A program made the position numbers and the translations under genes. Shown piece by piece: positions 8,671-18,870 of a stretch of 64,000 bases of DNA. Location: the NCBI GenBank assembly GCA_963737385.1, contig CAVTSZ010000025.1:109848-173847 (forward strand), read 5' to 3'. The notes under the pieces were generated by a model. The model ran no database searches. It was not told the origin of the DNA and saw nothing but the letters and a program-made list of their open reading frames with translations. The first letter of the stretch is position 1; each line of letters opens with the position of its first letter. This DNA is from an uncultured Actinomycetota bacterium (GTDB lineage: Bacteria > Actinomycetota > Actinomycetes > Mycobacteriales > Mycobacteriaceae).

Positions 8671-8869
8671 CTTCGCGGAGAACGACTACCTGACCCGCCT
8701 TTAAGCAATGCGCAAATCGACGACTTGACGCCATCATCGAGTGGCGACGTCGCTTCAGCAACCGATTTCCGGTCGAAGTCCGGAACGGCGTGCGTACAGT
8801 CAGTGCGACTCACCTACTGCCGTCGCAGGAGGCCGACCATGAGTCTGACCACGGATCCCGTGTACCGCT

Positions 8870-8925
8870 GCCAGGCCAGGGTGGTGATCAGCGACTGGAA
8901 ACACGACTACAACCACCGCCGCCAA
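8870..8925 (+). mobile_element. Short IS3 orfB (integrase core C-terminal) fragment
   Basis: QARVVISDWKHDYNHRR motif. Confidence 0.65.
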
Positions 8926-9007
8926 GCACCGCGCCGCCCACATACCCGGTTAAGCCACCTGACACGAACAGACGCCAATACGACTGGCTGTGGATAACCC
9001 GCGTCAG

Positions 9008-11461
9008 TCAGCGGTTGCGGCGTCGGAACAAGCGACGTAGGCGGCCGCCAGACTCTTCGGCCGGCTGCGCGGGCTTCGCAGGTAGAGCGACGGGCGGCTG
9101 GTCAACAGGCACGTCGGTGTCGTCGACCTCGGCGCTGGCGTCGGCCTGGCCCACTTCGGGCTCCGCAGCTTCCGGTGTGTCGAACTCGAATGCCGCGGCA
9201 CCGGGTTCGGCCGCTTCGGTGTCTTCGGCATCGTCGGCGTCCTGGGATGAGTCGTTCTCAGCCTCGGGTTCGGCGGCGACCTCTTCCGCTAATTCCTCAG
9301 CCTCGGCCGCGCCTTCGATCGCGGCCTCATGAACCTCGGGCGCCGCCTCTTGCGCTTCGATGGCATCCTCGCCCTCGACGGCATCCACACCGCCGACTGC
9401 CTCGGACTCTGTGTCTTCGGTTGAAGGCTCTTCGCCCTCGGCCTCGGCCTCGGCTTCGTCGGGCTCGGATTCGTCGTCGGCAGCAGCGTCGCCTTCAGCG
9501 TCGGGTTCGGCGGCGACCTCTTCCGCTAATTCCTCAGCCTCAGCGGCGCCTTCGACCGCGGCCTCATGAACCTCCGGCGCAGCCTCCTGCGCCTCGACGG
9601 CATCCTCACCCTCGACAGCACCCACACCGCCGACAGCCTCGGGATCGTCGGACTCCGCTGCCGGCTCGTCATCGTCCGCCGAAGGCTCTTCCTCCTCCGT
9701 TGTCTCGGACTCCTCGGCCGCTTCCAGTTCAGCGTCGGGTTCCGCCGCGACGTCGTCTGCTAATTCCTCCACGGCATCCTCGCCCTCGACGGCATCCTCG
9801 CCGCCGACTGCCTCGGACTCTGTGTCTTCGGTTGAAGGCTCTTCGCCCTCGCCCTCGGCCTCGGCCTCGGCTTCGTCGGGCTCGGATTCGTCGTCGGCAG
9901 CAGCGTCGCCTTCAGCGTCGGGTTCGGCGGCGACCTCTTCCGCTAATTCCTCAGCCTCAGCGGCGCCTTCGACCGCGGCCTCATGAACCTCCGGCGCAGC
10001 CTCCTGCGCCTCGACGGCATCCTCACCCTCGACAGCACCCACACCGCCGACAGCCTCGGACTCTGCGTCTTCCGCTGAAGACTCTTCAGCCTCAGCCTCG
10101 GCTTGTTCGGCGGCCAGCTCTGCTGCTACTTCCTCGGCCTCCGCAGCGTCCTCGACCGCGGCCTCGTGAACTTCGGGCGCAGCCTCTTGCGCTTCGGCGG
10201 CTTCCTCACCCTCGACGGCGCCAACACCACCAACCGCATCGGCTGTCTCCGCCTCGGGTTCGGCCTCTTCCGTCTCGCCGGCCTCAGCCTCGTCCGCCTT
10301 AGCTTCGGTCTCGTCCTCTACATCCTTGGCTCCCTCGGACGATGCCTCGGCGGCAGCCGCCGCAAGGATCTCCGCCTCCGCGGCGGCCTCGGACTCAACG
10401 GCCGAATCATCGTCCGGCTCCAGCGCTTCCACCTCGTCGACATCGAATTCATCGGCGTCGTGGCCGCCCACGTCGGTGCCGACTTCTTCATCGTCGTCTT
10501 TGCCGGCGACCTTCGCGGCCGCGACGACGCCCGACGTCGCGGCGACCGCGACGAGTTCATCGGCCACCTCGTCGACGAGCGATTCCTCGCGTGGCTTGCC
10601 CTTGAGCGTCTCCGGATCTTCCCGCCCCTTGGGCGCGACCATGATGTACACCACCGCGCCGATGAACACGAAGGTCGACGTGAACGAGTTGACCCGGATG
10701 TCGGCGATCAGGCTGGCCTGATCGCTGCGCAGCAGCTCAATCCAGAACCGGCCCATGCAATAACCGGCGACATACAGCGCGAACAGCCGGCCGTGACCGA
10801 CCTTGAACCGCCGGTCGACCCAGATGAGGACCGCGAAAACTAAGACATTCCACAGCAGTTCGTACAAGAACGTGGGATGCACGATGGAATCCAACTGACC
10901 CGTCGACACACCGTTGGCCAGGTCGGGACTGACCACACCACTTGCGTTCTCGCGCTCGTAGATCTCCAGACCCCACGGCAGATCCGTCGGCCGACCGTAA
11001 AGCTCTTGATTGAAATAGTTGCCCAGCCGGCCGATCGCCTGCGCCAGAACGATTCCCGGCGCAATTGCGTCGCCGAACGCGGGCAGCGGTATGCCGCGAC
11101 TGCGGCAGCCGATCCATGCGCCGACGCCACCGAGCGCTACCGCGCCCCAGATACCGAGGCCGCCGTCCCAGATGCGCAGCGCACCGAATAACCCGGCACC
11201 GCCGTCGCCGAAGTACTTGGGCCAGTCGGTGATGACGTGATACAGCCGACCGCCGATCAGGCCGAACGGCACCGCCCACAGCGCAATGTCGTAGATGACT
11301 CCGCGTTCGCCGCCCCGGGCTTCCCACCGTCGATCGCCGATGACCAACGCCACCACGATGCCGACGATGATGAACAACGCATACGCCCGGATCGGGACCG
11401 GCCCGAGGTACCACACGCCCTGCGTCGGACTGGGAATGTAGGCGAGAAGTGTGGTCGTCAC
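9008..11461 (-). CDS. lgt: Prolipoprotein diacylglyceryl transferase with very long acidic repeat tail
   Basis: GGRLYHV, GGLGIWG, LAQAIGRLGNYFNQELYG, HPTFLYE; follows trpA as in mycobacteria. Confidence 0.96.
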   Translation of the reverse strand: MTTTLLAYIPSPTQGVWYLGPVPIRAYALFIIVGIVVALVIGDRRWEARGGERGVIYDIALWAVPFGLIGGRLYHVITDWPKYFGDGGAGLFGALRIWDGGLGIWGAVALGGVGAWIGCRSRGIPLPAFGDAIAPGIVLAQAIGRLGNYFNQELYGRPTDLPWGLEIYERENASGVVSPDLANGVSTGQLDSIVHPTFLYELLWNVLVFAVLIWVDRRFKVGHGRLFALYVAGYCMGRFWIELLRSDQASLIADIRVNSFTSTFVFIGAVVYIMVAPKGREDPETLKGKPREESLVDEVADELVAVAATSGVVAAAKVAGKDDDEEVGTDVGGHDADEFDVDEVEALEPDDDSAVESEAAAEAEILAAAAAEASSEGAKDVEDETEAKADEAEAGETEEAEPEAETADAVGGVGAVEGEEAAEAQEAAPEVHEAAVEDAAEAEEVAAELAAEQAEAEAEESSAEDAESEAVGGVGAVEGEDAVEAQEAAPEVHEAAVEGAAEAEELAEEVAAEPDAEGDAAADDESEPDEAEAEAEGEGEEPSTEDTESEAVGGEDAVEGEDAVEELADDVAAEPDAELEAAEESETTEEEEPSADDDEPAAESDDPEAVGGVGAVEGEDAVEAQEAAPEVHEAAVEGAAEAEELAEEVAAEPDAEGDAAADDESEPDEAEAEAEGEEPSTEDTESEAVGGVDAVEGEDAIEAQEAAPEVHEAAIEGAAEAEELAEEVAAEPEAENDSSQDADDAEDTEAAEPGAAAFEFDTPEAAEPEVGQADASAEVDDTDVPVDQPPVALPAKPAQPAEESGGRLRRLFRRRNR
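9362..10059. repeat. Near-perfect direct repeat within lgt (9362-9642 vs 9773-10059)
   Basis: ~281 bp copies differing by a 6-bp indel and a few substitutions. Confidence 0.9.
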
Positions 11462-12246
11462 GCAGTAATCCTCTGTCGCACACCATCGGCAAGCTCAGCG
11501 GTCAGCGTCCGCACCGCGTCTACCCCGTCCTGCAACGCCGACACCAACGCCGATCCGACGATCACCCCGTCCGCGTACGCACCGATCTCCGCGGCCTGCT
11601 CGCGCGACCGCACACCCAGGCCTACACCCACGGGTATGTCCGACACTGCCTTGACGCGACGAACCAACGCGGGCGCAGCCGTCGACACGGCGTCGCGTGC
11701 ACCGGTCACGCCCATCGTCGATGCGGCGTAGACGAATCCGCGCGAAGCCTCGACCGTCATCGCCAGCCGCTCCGGGGTTGACGACGGGGCCACCAGGAAG
11801 ATGCGATCCAGATCGTGAGCCTCGGACACCTCGAGCCATTCCGACGCCTCGTCGGGAATCAGGTCGGGCGTGATCATTCCCAGTCCGCCGGCCGCAGCCA
11901 GGTCGCGCGCGAAGGCATCGATGCCCCAGCGCAGCACCGGATTCCAGTATGTCATCACCACGGCCCGCCCACCTGCGTTGCTGATCGCCTCGACGGCCGT
12001 CAATGTGTCTCGCACGCGCACCCCACCGCGCAGTGCCGCCTCGGTGGCGGCCGCGATCGTCGGGCCGTCCATGCCGGGATCCGAATACGCGATGCCCACC
12101 TCGACGATGTCGCAGCCCGATTCCACCAACGCCGTCATCGCCGAAATCGAGGTCGGCACATCGGGGAATCCCGTCGGCAGGTAGCCGATCAGCGCCGAGC
12201 GGTTCTCGGTCCGACACGCGTCGAACAATCCCGCGAGCCGGCTCAT
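11458..12246 (-). CDS. trpA: Tryptophan synthase alpha subunit
   Basis: [35 protein letters not shown]; ATGA overlap with trpB. Confidence 0.97.
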   Translation of the reverse strand: MSRLAGLFDACRTENRSALIGYLPTGFPDVPTSISAMTALVESGCDIVEVGIAYSDPGMDGPTIAAATEAALRGGVRVRDTLTAVEAISNAGGRAVVMTYWNPVLRWGIDAFARDLAAAGGLGMITPDLIPDEASEWLEVSEAHDLDRIFLVAPSSTPERLAMTVEASRGFVYAASTMGVTGARDAVSTAAPALVRRVKAVSDIPVGVGLGVRSREQAAEIGAYADGVIVGSALVSALQDGVDAVRTLTAELADGVRQRITA

Positions 12247-13502
12247 GACGCACCATCCAGCAGGCCGAACCATTTCGCGGCCGTCTCGACGTCCTTGTCG
12301 CCCCGTCCCGACAGGTTCACCAGGATGATCGCGTCGCGGCCCAGTTCCTGCCCCAGCTTCAGCGCACCCGCAACAGCGTGCGCCGACTCGATCGCAGGAA
12401 TGATTCCCTCGGTGCGGCACAGCAGCGCGAATGCGTCCATCGCCTCGGCATCGGTGATCGGCTCATACTGCGTGCGGCCCAGATCCTTCAGGAATGCATG
12501 CTCCGGACCGACGCCCGGATAGTCCAAACCTGCTGAGATCGAATGGGATTCAATAGTCTGTCCGTCGTCGTCCTGCAGAAGATAGGAGAACGAGCCCTGG
12601 AATGCGCCCGGTGATCCACCGGTGAAAGTCGCTGCGTGGCGGCCGGTTTCGACGCCGTCGCCAGCGGCCTCGTACCCGACCAGGCGAACGTTCGGATCGT
12701 CGATGAACGCATGGAAGATGCCGATCGCGTTCGACCCACCGCCCACGCACGCCGTCACCGCGTCGGGCAGCCGGCCCGCCTGCGCCTGGATCTGCGCGCG
12801 CGCCTCGAGCCCGATCACCCGCTGGAAGTCGCGCACCATCGTCGGAAACGGATGTGGGCCCGCGGCCGTGCCGAAGCAGTAGTAAGTGTTGTCGGCGTTG
12901 GTCACCCAGTCGCGGAACGCCTCGTTGATGGCGTCCTTGAGCGTCTTCGAGCCCGACTCGACCGACACCACCGTCGCACCCAGCAGACGCATGCGTGCCA
13001 CGTTCAGCGCCTGACGCGCGGTGTCGACCGCACCCATGTAGACGATGCACTCCAGGCCGAGCAGCGCGCACGCGGTTGCGGTGGCCACCCCGTGCTGGCC
13101 CGCTCCGGTCTCGGCGATCACCCGTGACTTGCCCATCTGCCGCGCCAGCAGCGCCTGCCCGAGCACATTGTTGATCTTGTGAGATCCGGTGTGGTTGAGG
13201 TCTTCCCGCTTGAGGAAGATCCGCGCTCCGCCTGCATAGTCGGAAAGGCGCGACGCCTCGTACAACGGCGACGGCCGCCCGCTGTAATGGCGCTGCAGCC
13301 GATCCAACTCATCGAGGAACGCCTGATCGCCACGGGCCTTCTCATAAGCGGCGGTGACCTCCTCGATCACCGCCATCAGCGCCTCGGGCACCAATCGCCC
13401 GCCGTAGGCACCGAAATGGCCGCCGGCGTCGGGATCGTGGGCCGTGGGCTCAGCGACGCCCGCGCTGGAACGCGGCAACTCCGGCCCGGCGAGGTCGGCC
13501 AC
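12243..13502 (-). CDS. trpB: Tryptophan synthase beta subunit
   Basis: [14 protein letters not shown] motif, [17 protein letters not shown]. Confidence 0.98.
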   Translation of the reverse strand: MADLAGPELPRSSAGVAEPTAHDPDAGGHFGAYGGRLVPEALMAVIEEVTAAYEKARGDQAFLDELDRLQRHYSGRPSPLYEASRLSDYAGGARIFLKREDLNHTGSHKINNVLGQALLARQMGKSRVIAETGAGQHGVATATACALLGLECIVYMGAVDTARQALNVARMRLLGATVVSVESGSKTLKDAINEAFRDWVTNADNTYYCFGTAAGPHPFPTMVRDFQRVIGLEARAQIQAQAGRLPDAVTACVGGGSNAIGIFHAFIDDPNVRLVGYEAAGDGVETGRHAATFTGGSPGAFQGSFSYLLQDDDGQTIESHSISAGLDYPGVGPEHAFLKDLGRTQYEPITDAEAMDAFALLCRTEGIIPAIESAHAVAGALKLGQELGRDAIILVNLSGRGDKDVETAAKWFGLLDGAS

Positions 13503-13505
13503 TTG

Positions 13506-14324
13506 TCAGCGTGAGGGTTTCGGGCAGGACGGATGCGTACCTGCGGTGACCAGATCGGCGACAGCGCCGCGGGGATCACCACTGGTGACCAGTCCCTCGC
13601 CGACGAGCACGGCATCGGCGCCTGCTCCGGCATATGCGAGAAGATCGGCGGTGCCACGTACACCCGACTCCGCGATGCGGATGACACCGCTCGGGAGGCC
13701 AGGGGCGATGCGCGCGAAGCAGTCCCGGTCGACTTCCAGTGTCTTGAGATCCCGCGCATTGACACCGATCACCTTGGCGCCGGCCTGCAGAGCGCGATCC
13801 GCCTCCTCCTCGGTGTGCACCTCGACGAGCGCGGTCATGCCCAGCGACTCGGTGCGATCGAGCATCGACTCCAACGCCTGCTGCTCGAGCGCCGCGACGA
13901 TCAGCAGCAGCATGTCGGCACCGTGGGCGCGGGCCTCATGGATCTGATACGGCCCGACGATGAAGTCCTTGCGCAACACCGGAATTGAGACTGCGGCGCG
14001 CACCGCGTCGAGATCGTCGAGCGAACCATTGAACCGGCGCTCTTCGGTGAGCACGCTGATCACTCGCGCACCGCCGTCTTCGTACGCGCGCGCGAGCTTC
14101 GCCGGATCCGAAATTGACGCCAGTTGTCCCCGCGACGGGCTGGCGCGCTTCACTTCCGCGATGACACCGATACCGGGTTCGCGCAGCGCTGCCATCACGT
14201 CCAGCGGCTTCGGCGCGGCCTTGGCCAATTCCTTGATCTCGGCGAACGGAATAGCCGCCTCACGAGCGGCGACATCAGCGCGGACACCCTCAATGATGGT
14301 GTCGAGCACGGTTGCCGAACTCAT
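13506..14324 (-). CDS. trpC: Indole-3-glycerol phosphate synthase
   Basis: [30 protein letters not shown]. Confidence 0.97.
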   Translation of the reverse strand: MSSATVLDTIIEGVRADVAAREAAIPFAEIKELAKAAPKPLDVMAALREPGIGVIAEVKRASPSRGQLASISDPAKLARAYEDGGARVISVLTEERRFNGSLDDLDAVRAAVSIPVLRKDFIVGPYQIHEARAHGADMLLLIVAALEQQALESMLDRTESLGMTALVEVHTEEEADRALQAGAKVIGVNARDLKTLEVDRDCFARIAPGLPSGVIRIAESGVRGTADLLAYAGAGADAVLVGEGLVTSGDPRGAVADLVTAGTHPSCPKPSR

Positions 14325-14394
14325 GGGTGTCGATTCCTCTCGATCATGCAGATCAACCTCCAACGAAGGGTAACCGCCGCTACACCATCGGCTG

Positions 14395-14976
14395 TCACCG
14401 GCCCATGTTGTCAGGATTGGTCGGGTCACGCCCTTCGTCGAGCGCATCCCACAGCATCCGCTCTGACATCGCGTCGTCCGGTTCGGTTGATTGCGCAGGC
14501 GCGCGACGCGTGTAGCGGGCCGCGCCCGAACGCTCCGTCGTCGCCGATCGCAGCAGCAGTACCGCGCACGCGAGCGTCACTGCCGCGGCCACCAGTGTGA
14601 TCACCGCGCCGCCATGGTGCCGCTGAGTCCCGACCAGGTCGGCCACCGGCGCCTCGGCCAGATGAGAGGCCCGCACGGCGACGTCGCGGAGCACCCACAG
14701 GCTGACCGCCAGGTAGGCCATCCCAGCACTGGTGATCGCGGCCAGGACTGCCAGCATCCGCAACGGCCAACCCCGCACCGCCAAGGCCGCGACGGCGGTG
14801 GCCAACAACAACACGGCCAGCGGTAGCAGCGCCGTGGACCACGAGCCCCCGGACAGCGCGATGGTCTTGGGTTGGCCCAGCCCGTCGAAGGACGTCACCT
14901 CGACCCATGTCATCCGCGACGCCACCCATAGTGTCGCCGCGGCTAACACCAGACCGAGCTGCGCGACCCGGATCAC
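14395..14976 (-). CDS. trp-region conserved membrane protein (Rv1610-like)
   Basis: Hydrophobic segments; [16 protein letters not shown] tail; lies between trpE and trpC. Confidence 0.88.
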   Translation of the reverse strand: MIRVAQLGLVLAAATLWVASRMTWVEVTSFDGLGQPKTIALSGGSWSTALLPLAVLLLATAVAALAVRGWPLRMLAVLAAITSAGMAYLAVSLWVLRDVAVRASHLAEAPVADLVGTQRHHGGAVITLVAAAVTLACAVLLLRSATTERSGAARYTRRAPAQSTEPDDAMSERMLWDALDEGRDPTNPDNMGR

Positions 14977-16556
14977 GGCTCAGTCAGCGTTTCCGCGGCA
15001 GCGATCGCGTTCAGCACGGCACGCGCCTTGTTCGCCGCCTCGTTGTACTCATAAGGACCGTTGGAGTCGGCCACGACTCCCCCGCCAGCCTGCACGTAGG
15101 CGGTGCCGCGCCGCATCAACGCGGTGCGGATCGCGATGGCGAAGTCGGCGTCGCCTGCGAAGTCGAGGTAGCCGAGCACTCCGCCGTAGAGCCCGCGCCT
15201 GGTCTTCTCGACCTCCTCGATCAGCTCCATCGCGCGTACCTTCGGGGCGCCCGACAAGGTTCCCGCCGGGAAGCACGCGGTCACAGCGTCAAGGGCGGTC
15301 CTGCCCTCGGCCAGCACGCCGGTCACCGTCGACACCAGGTGCATCACGTGGCTGTAGCGCTCGATGTGGCTGTAGTCCTCCACGCGCACCGTCCCGGGCC
15401 GGCAGACGCGGCCCAGATCGTTGCGGCCCAGGTCGACGAGCATGAGGTGCTCGGCACGTTCCTTCTCGTCTTCGGCCAGCTCCTTCTCGAGCAGCAGGTC
15501 TTCTTCCTCGGTCGCACCACGCCACCGCGTCCCGGCGATGGGGTGTGTGGTGGCCCGCCCGTCCTTCACTGTGACCAGCGCCTCGGGACTGGAGCCGACG
15601 ACGGAAAAGTCCAGTGCGCCAGCGGCATTGGGCACGTTGAGCATATACATGTATGGACTCGGATTCGTCACCCTCAGCATCCGGTACACGTCGAGCGGGT
15701 CGGCGTCGGTGTCCATCTCGAACCGCTGCGACGGCACCACCTGGAACGCCTCGCCTGCCTCGATGTCGCCGACAAGCTTGTCGACGATCGCGGTGTACTC
15801 CTCGACGGTGCGCTGGGACCGATGAATCGGCTCGGGCCGGCTGAAGGTCGCCACCGTCGACGGCAGATGCTCACCGAGTGCCGCCGTCATCACGTCCAAC
15901 CGGGCGACGGCGTCGTCGTAGGCCCAGTCGACGCGTTCGTCGGTGCCGTTCCAGTTCACCGCGTTGGCGATCAGCGTGATCGTGCCCTCGTGGTGGTCCA
16001 CGGCGGCGATGTCGGTAGCCAGCAGCAGCAGCATGTCGGGCAGTCCGAGATCGTCGACCGCCAGCGAGGGCAGCTTTTCAAGTCGTCGCACCATGTCGTA
16101 GGCGAAGAACCCGACCAGGCCGCCCGACAGTGGCGGCAGACCCGCCAACGGTTCGGTCTTGAGCAGCTCCAATGTCGCGTGAAGCGCTGCCAGCGGATCG
16201 CCGCCCTGCGGCGCGTCCTGGGGCGTCGTACCCAGCCACACCGCCTCGCCGTCACGGATCGTCAGCGCCGAGGGGGCGCCCGCGCCGATGAACGACCATC
16301 GCGACCACGAGCGGCCGTTCTCGGCCGACTCCAGCAAGAACGTCCCGGGCCGGTTGGCGGCCAGCTTGCGGTACGCCGACAGTGGGGTCTCACTGTCGGC
16401 GAGCACCTTGCGGGTCACCGGCACCACGCGGTGTTCGGCGGCCAGCGTCCGGAAGTCCTCGCGTGAGGTCGTGATCGCGAGGTTGGCGGTCGGTCCGGCG
16501 CTGGGGGTCCCCCCGCTTGCGGAGGAGAGCGAAGCGACCGGGGGGTGTACTTGCAC
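14973..16556 (-). CDS. trpE: Anthranilate synthase component I
   Basis: [38 protein letters not shown]; start uncertain, N-terminus carries a repeat insertion. Confidence 0.97.
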   Translation of the reverse strand: MQVHPPVASLSSASGGTPSAGPTANLAITTSREDFRTLAAEHRVVPVTRKVLADSETPLSAYRKLAANRPGTFLLESAENGRSWSRWSFIGAGAPSALTIRDGEAVWLGTTPQDAPQGGDPLAALHATLELLKTEPLAGLPPLSGGLVGFFAYDMVRRLEKLPSLAVDDLGLPDMLLLLATDIAAVDHHEGTITLIANAVNWNGTDERVDWAYDDAVARLDVMTAALGEHLPSTVATFSRPEPIHRSQRTVEEYTAIVDKLVGDIEAGEAFQVVPSQRFEMDTDADPLDVYRMLRVTNPSPYMYMLNVPNAAGALDFSVVGSSPEALVTVKDGRATTHPIAGTRWRGATEEEDLLLEKELAEDEKERAEHLMLVDLGRNDLGRVCRPGTVRVEDYSHIERYSHVMHLVSTVTGVLAEGRTALDAVTACFPAGTLSGAPKVRAMELIEEVEKTRRGLYGGVLGYLDFAGDADFAIAIRTALMRRGTAYVQAGGGVVADSNGPYEYNEAANKARAVLNAIAAAETLTEP

Positions 16557-16618
16557 CAGGTAATCCTCCCAGACCGGTAGCAAGGGACCGGCATCAAGTC
16601 AGGCGTAGCGTGACACCC

Positions 16619-17083
16619 ATGAAACGTGGTGACCAGGTTGCCGAGTTCGAATTGCCGGACGAAAAGGGCACTGTGCGAAGCCTCACAGAGTTGCTCGCCA
16701 ACGGCCCGATCGTGCTGTTCTTCTACCCCGCGGCCTCGAGCCCGGGCTGTACCAAGGAAGCCTGCCACTTCCGCGACCTCGCGTCGGAGTTCGCCGCGCT
16801 CGGCGCCAACCGGGTCGGCATCAGCACCGACGCCGTCGAGAAGCAGGCGAAGTTCGCCGAGAAGCGGAGCTTCGACTACCCGCTGCTGTCGGACGCCGAG
16901 GGCACCGTCGCCACGCAGTTCGGCGTCAAGCGCGGCCTGCTCGGCAAGTTCATGCCGGTCAAGCGGACGACGTTCGTGATCGACAGCGACCGCACCGTGC
17001 TCGGGGTGATCGCCAGCGAGGTCAGCATGGACACCCACGCGGACAAGGCGCTCGAGATGTTGCGGCAGCGCCAATCGGCGTGA
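16619..17083 (+). CDS. bcpB: BCP-type peroxiredoxin
   Basis: FFYPAASSPGCTKEACHFRD; syntenic with trpE. Confidence 0.92.
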   Translation: MKRGDQVAEFELPDEKGTVRSLTELLANGPIVLFFYPAASSPGCTKEACHFRDLASEFAALGANRVGISTDAVEKQAKFAEKRSFDYPLLSDAEGTVATQFGVKRGLLGKFMPVKRTTFVIDSDRTVLGVIASEVSMDTHADKALEMLRQRQSA

Positions 17084-17880
17084 CACCGGTTCTCGAACTC
17101 GCCGACGTGACGTTCCGTCGCGACGGCAAGCAGATCATCGACGGCATCTCGCTCACCGTCAACGCCGGCGAACACTGGGCGTTGCTCGGCCCCAACGGAG
17201 CCGGCAAGAGCACGCTGCTGGGGTTCTGCGCCGCGGTCATGTTCCCCTCGTCGGGCACCGTGCACATTCTCGGCGAACAGATGGGCCGGGTGGACCTCGC
17301 GACGTTGCGGCATTCGATCGGTCACGTCAATCCCCGTCACCGCCTGCAGTATTCGCTGACCGTCCGCGAGGTGGTACTCACCGGAGTCACCGCGACGATC
17401 GACATCCCCAACCGCTGGGCGCCCAGTGCAAACGAACTCCGCCGTGCGGACAACATGATCGAGACGGTGGGGTTGTCCCGCAGGGCCAACGATGTATGGC
17501 CGACGCTGTCACAGGGCGAACGGGGCCGCACTCTCGTTGCGCGCGCATTGATCTCCGATCCGCGGCTGCTGCTGCTCGACGAACCGACGACCGGGCTGGA
17601 CGTCGCAGCGCGCGAGCAATTGTTGGAGACCATGGACTCACTCGACGAGACGCACCCCGAGGTGGCGTCGATTCTGGTCACCCATCATCTCGAGGAGCTG
17701 CCGACCACGACGACGCACGCCCTGCTGATCGCCGAGGGACGGACGGTGGCAGTCGGCCCAGCACGCGAGACGGTCACGACCGACAACGTCAGCGCCGCGT
17801 TCTCGCACCCGGTGTCCGTCGGCTACGAGGAAGGCCGGTGGACCGCACGCGCCAAAGCCACCCGCATCATCGATCTGTGA
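17080..17880 (+). CDS. ABC transporter ATP-binding protein (ModF-like)
   Basis: GPNGAGKS, LSQGE, LLLLDEP, H-loop. Confidence 0.92.
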   Translation: MTPVLELADVTFRRDGKQIIDGISLTVNAGEHWALLGPNGAGKSTLLGFCAAVMFPSSGTVHILGEQMGRVDLATLRHSIGHVNPRHRLQYSLTVREVVLTGVTATIDIPNRWAPSANELRRADNMIETVGLSRRANDVWPTLSQGERGRTLVARALISDPRLLLLDEPTTGLDVAAREQLLETMDSLDETHPEVASILVTHHLEELPTTTTHALLIAEGRTVAVGPARETVTTDNVSAAFSHPVSVGYEEGRWTARAKATRIIDL

Positions 17881-17883
17881 CCG

Positions 17884-18870
17884 TCATAGACGGGACCGCA
17901 GAAACTCCTGGGCACGGTGGTGAAAGTCTTGCACCGCAGCTGCTTTCGGCCGCAGCCCGTCTGCGCCGTGATACATTCCCGGGACGGTGACCAGTTCACA
18001 CTCGACCCCGCAGGCCCTCAACTTCTCGGCGTACGCGACGTCTTCCTCGTAAAACAGGTCGAGTTCACCGACTCCTACCCACGCCGGCGGCAAGCCCGAC
18101 AGATCGACACGGCGCGCGGGCGCAGCGTATTCGGGCGCGTCCGACATCCGGGGCTCGCGTCCCAAATACGAGGTCCAGCCGAACCGGGTGGATGACGCCG
18201 TCCACACGAATGTGCCGCGACCGTCGTGGTCGGTGCGAAGCGCCGTGCGGTCGTCGATCATCGGGTACATGAGTACCTGCGCCCGCAATGCGATTCCCTC
18301 GTCGTGGCTGCGCTGAGCGACCGCTGCCGACAAACCGCCGCCCGCGCTGCCGCCCATCACCGCGATACGCCCGGGGTCGATGCCGAGTTCTTCGGCATGG
18401 CCCAGCATCCAGCGCAATACGGTCATGCAGTCATCGAGTGCGGCGGGGAACGGGTGCTCGGGTGCCAGGCGGTAGTCGGGTGAGATGGCGACGACGCCGA
18501 GATTCCGTGCGACCCGCGCGGTTCCGAACGCCTCGAACTGGGGTGAACCGACGATCATTCCACCGCCGTGGATGTAGAGCACGGCCGGCCGCGGCGCACT
18601 GCCCGCGTCAGGTGTGAAAATCCGCACCGGCACGACCGGGTCGCCGATGACCCGTTTGGTCACCGTGACGCCACGCCCCGCCAGCGTCGGGATCCGGGAG
18701 TTGAAGCGGAACAACGGAAGTGTGCGCCGGCTGTCCGTGTTCGGGATGTAAGGAAGGAGTGGGCTGCGTAGTTCTCGGGGCACCGCCGACATGGCTTCCT
18801 GCTGCGACAGATACCGGCGTACCGCGAGCGCCGCGACACCGACAGCGGCGAGTGCCGCGATCCCTTTCAC
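17884..18870 (-). CDS. HSL-family alpha/beta hydrolase (esterase/lipase)
   Basis: HGGG, DYRLAPEHPFP, GGSAGG, GMYHG. Confidence 0.93.
   Translation of the reverse strand: MKGIAALAAVGVAALAVRRYLSQQEAMSAVPRELRSPLLPYIPNTDSRRTLPLFRFNSRIPTLAGRGVTVTKRVIGDPVVPVRIFTPDAGSAPRPAVLYIHGGGMIVGSPQFEAFGTARVARNLGVVAISPDYRLAPEHPFPAALDDCMTVLRWMLGHAEELGIDPGRIAVMGGSAGGGLSAAVAQRSHDEGIALRAQVLMYPMIDDRTALRTDHDGRGTFVWTASSTRFGWTSYLGREPRMSDAPEYAAPARRVDLSGLPPAWVGVGELDLFYEEDVAYAEKLRACGVECELVTVPGMYHGADGLRPKAAAVQDFHHRAQEFLRSRL

Noticed and set aside
9250-10260. CRISPR-like spaced repeats
   Set aside because: Repeats are in-frame coding duplications in lgt with no unique spacers and no cas genes
14907-16466. Long antisense ORFs (also 21050-22777, 32310-33974, 47960-50257, 58958-60616)
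   Set aside because: Shadow frames of well-supported genes, expected in high-GC DNA; no recognisable motifs
16557-16618. trp attenuator or leader peptide upstream of trpE
   Set aside because: Only ~60 bp before divergent bcpB, with no Trp-rich leader ORF
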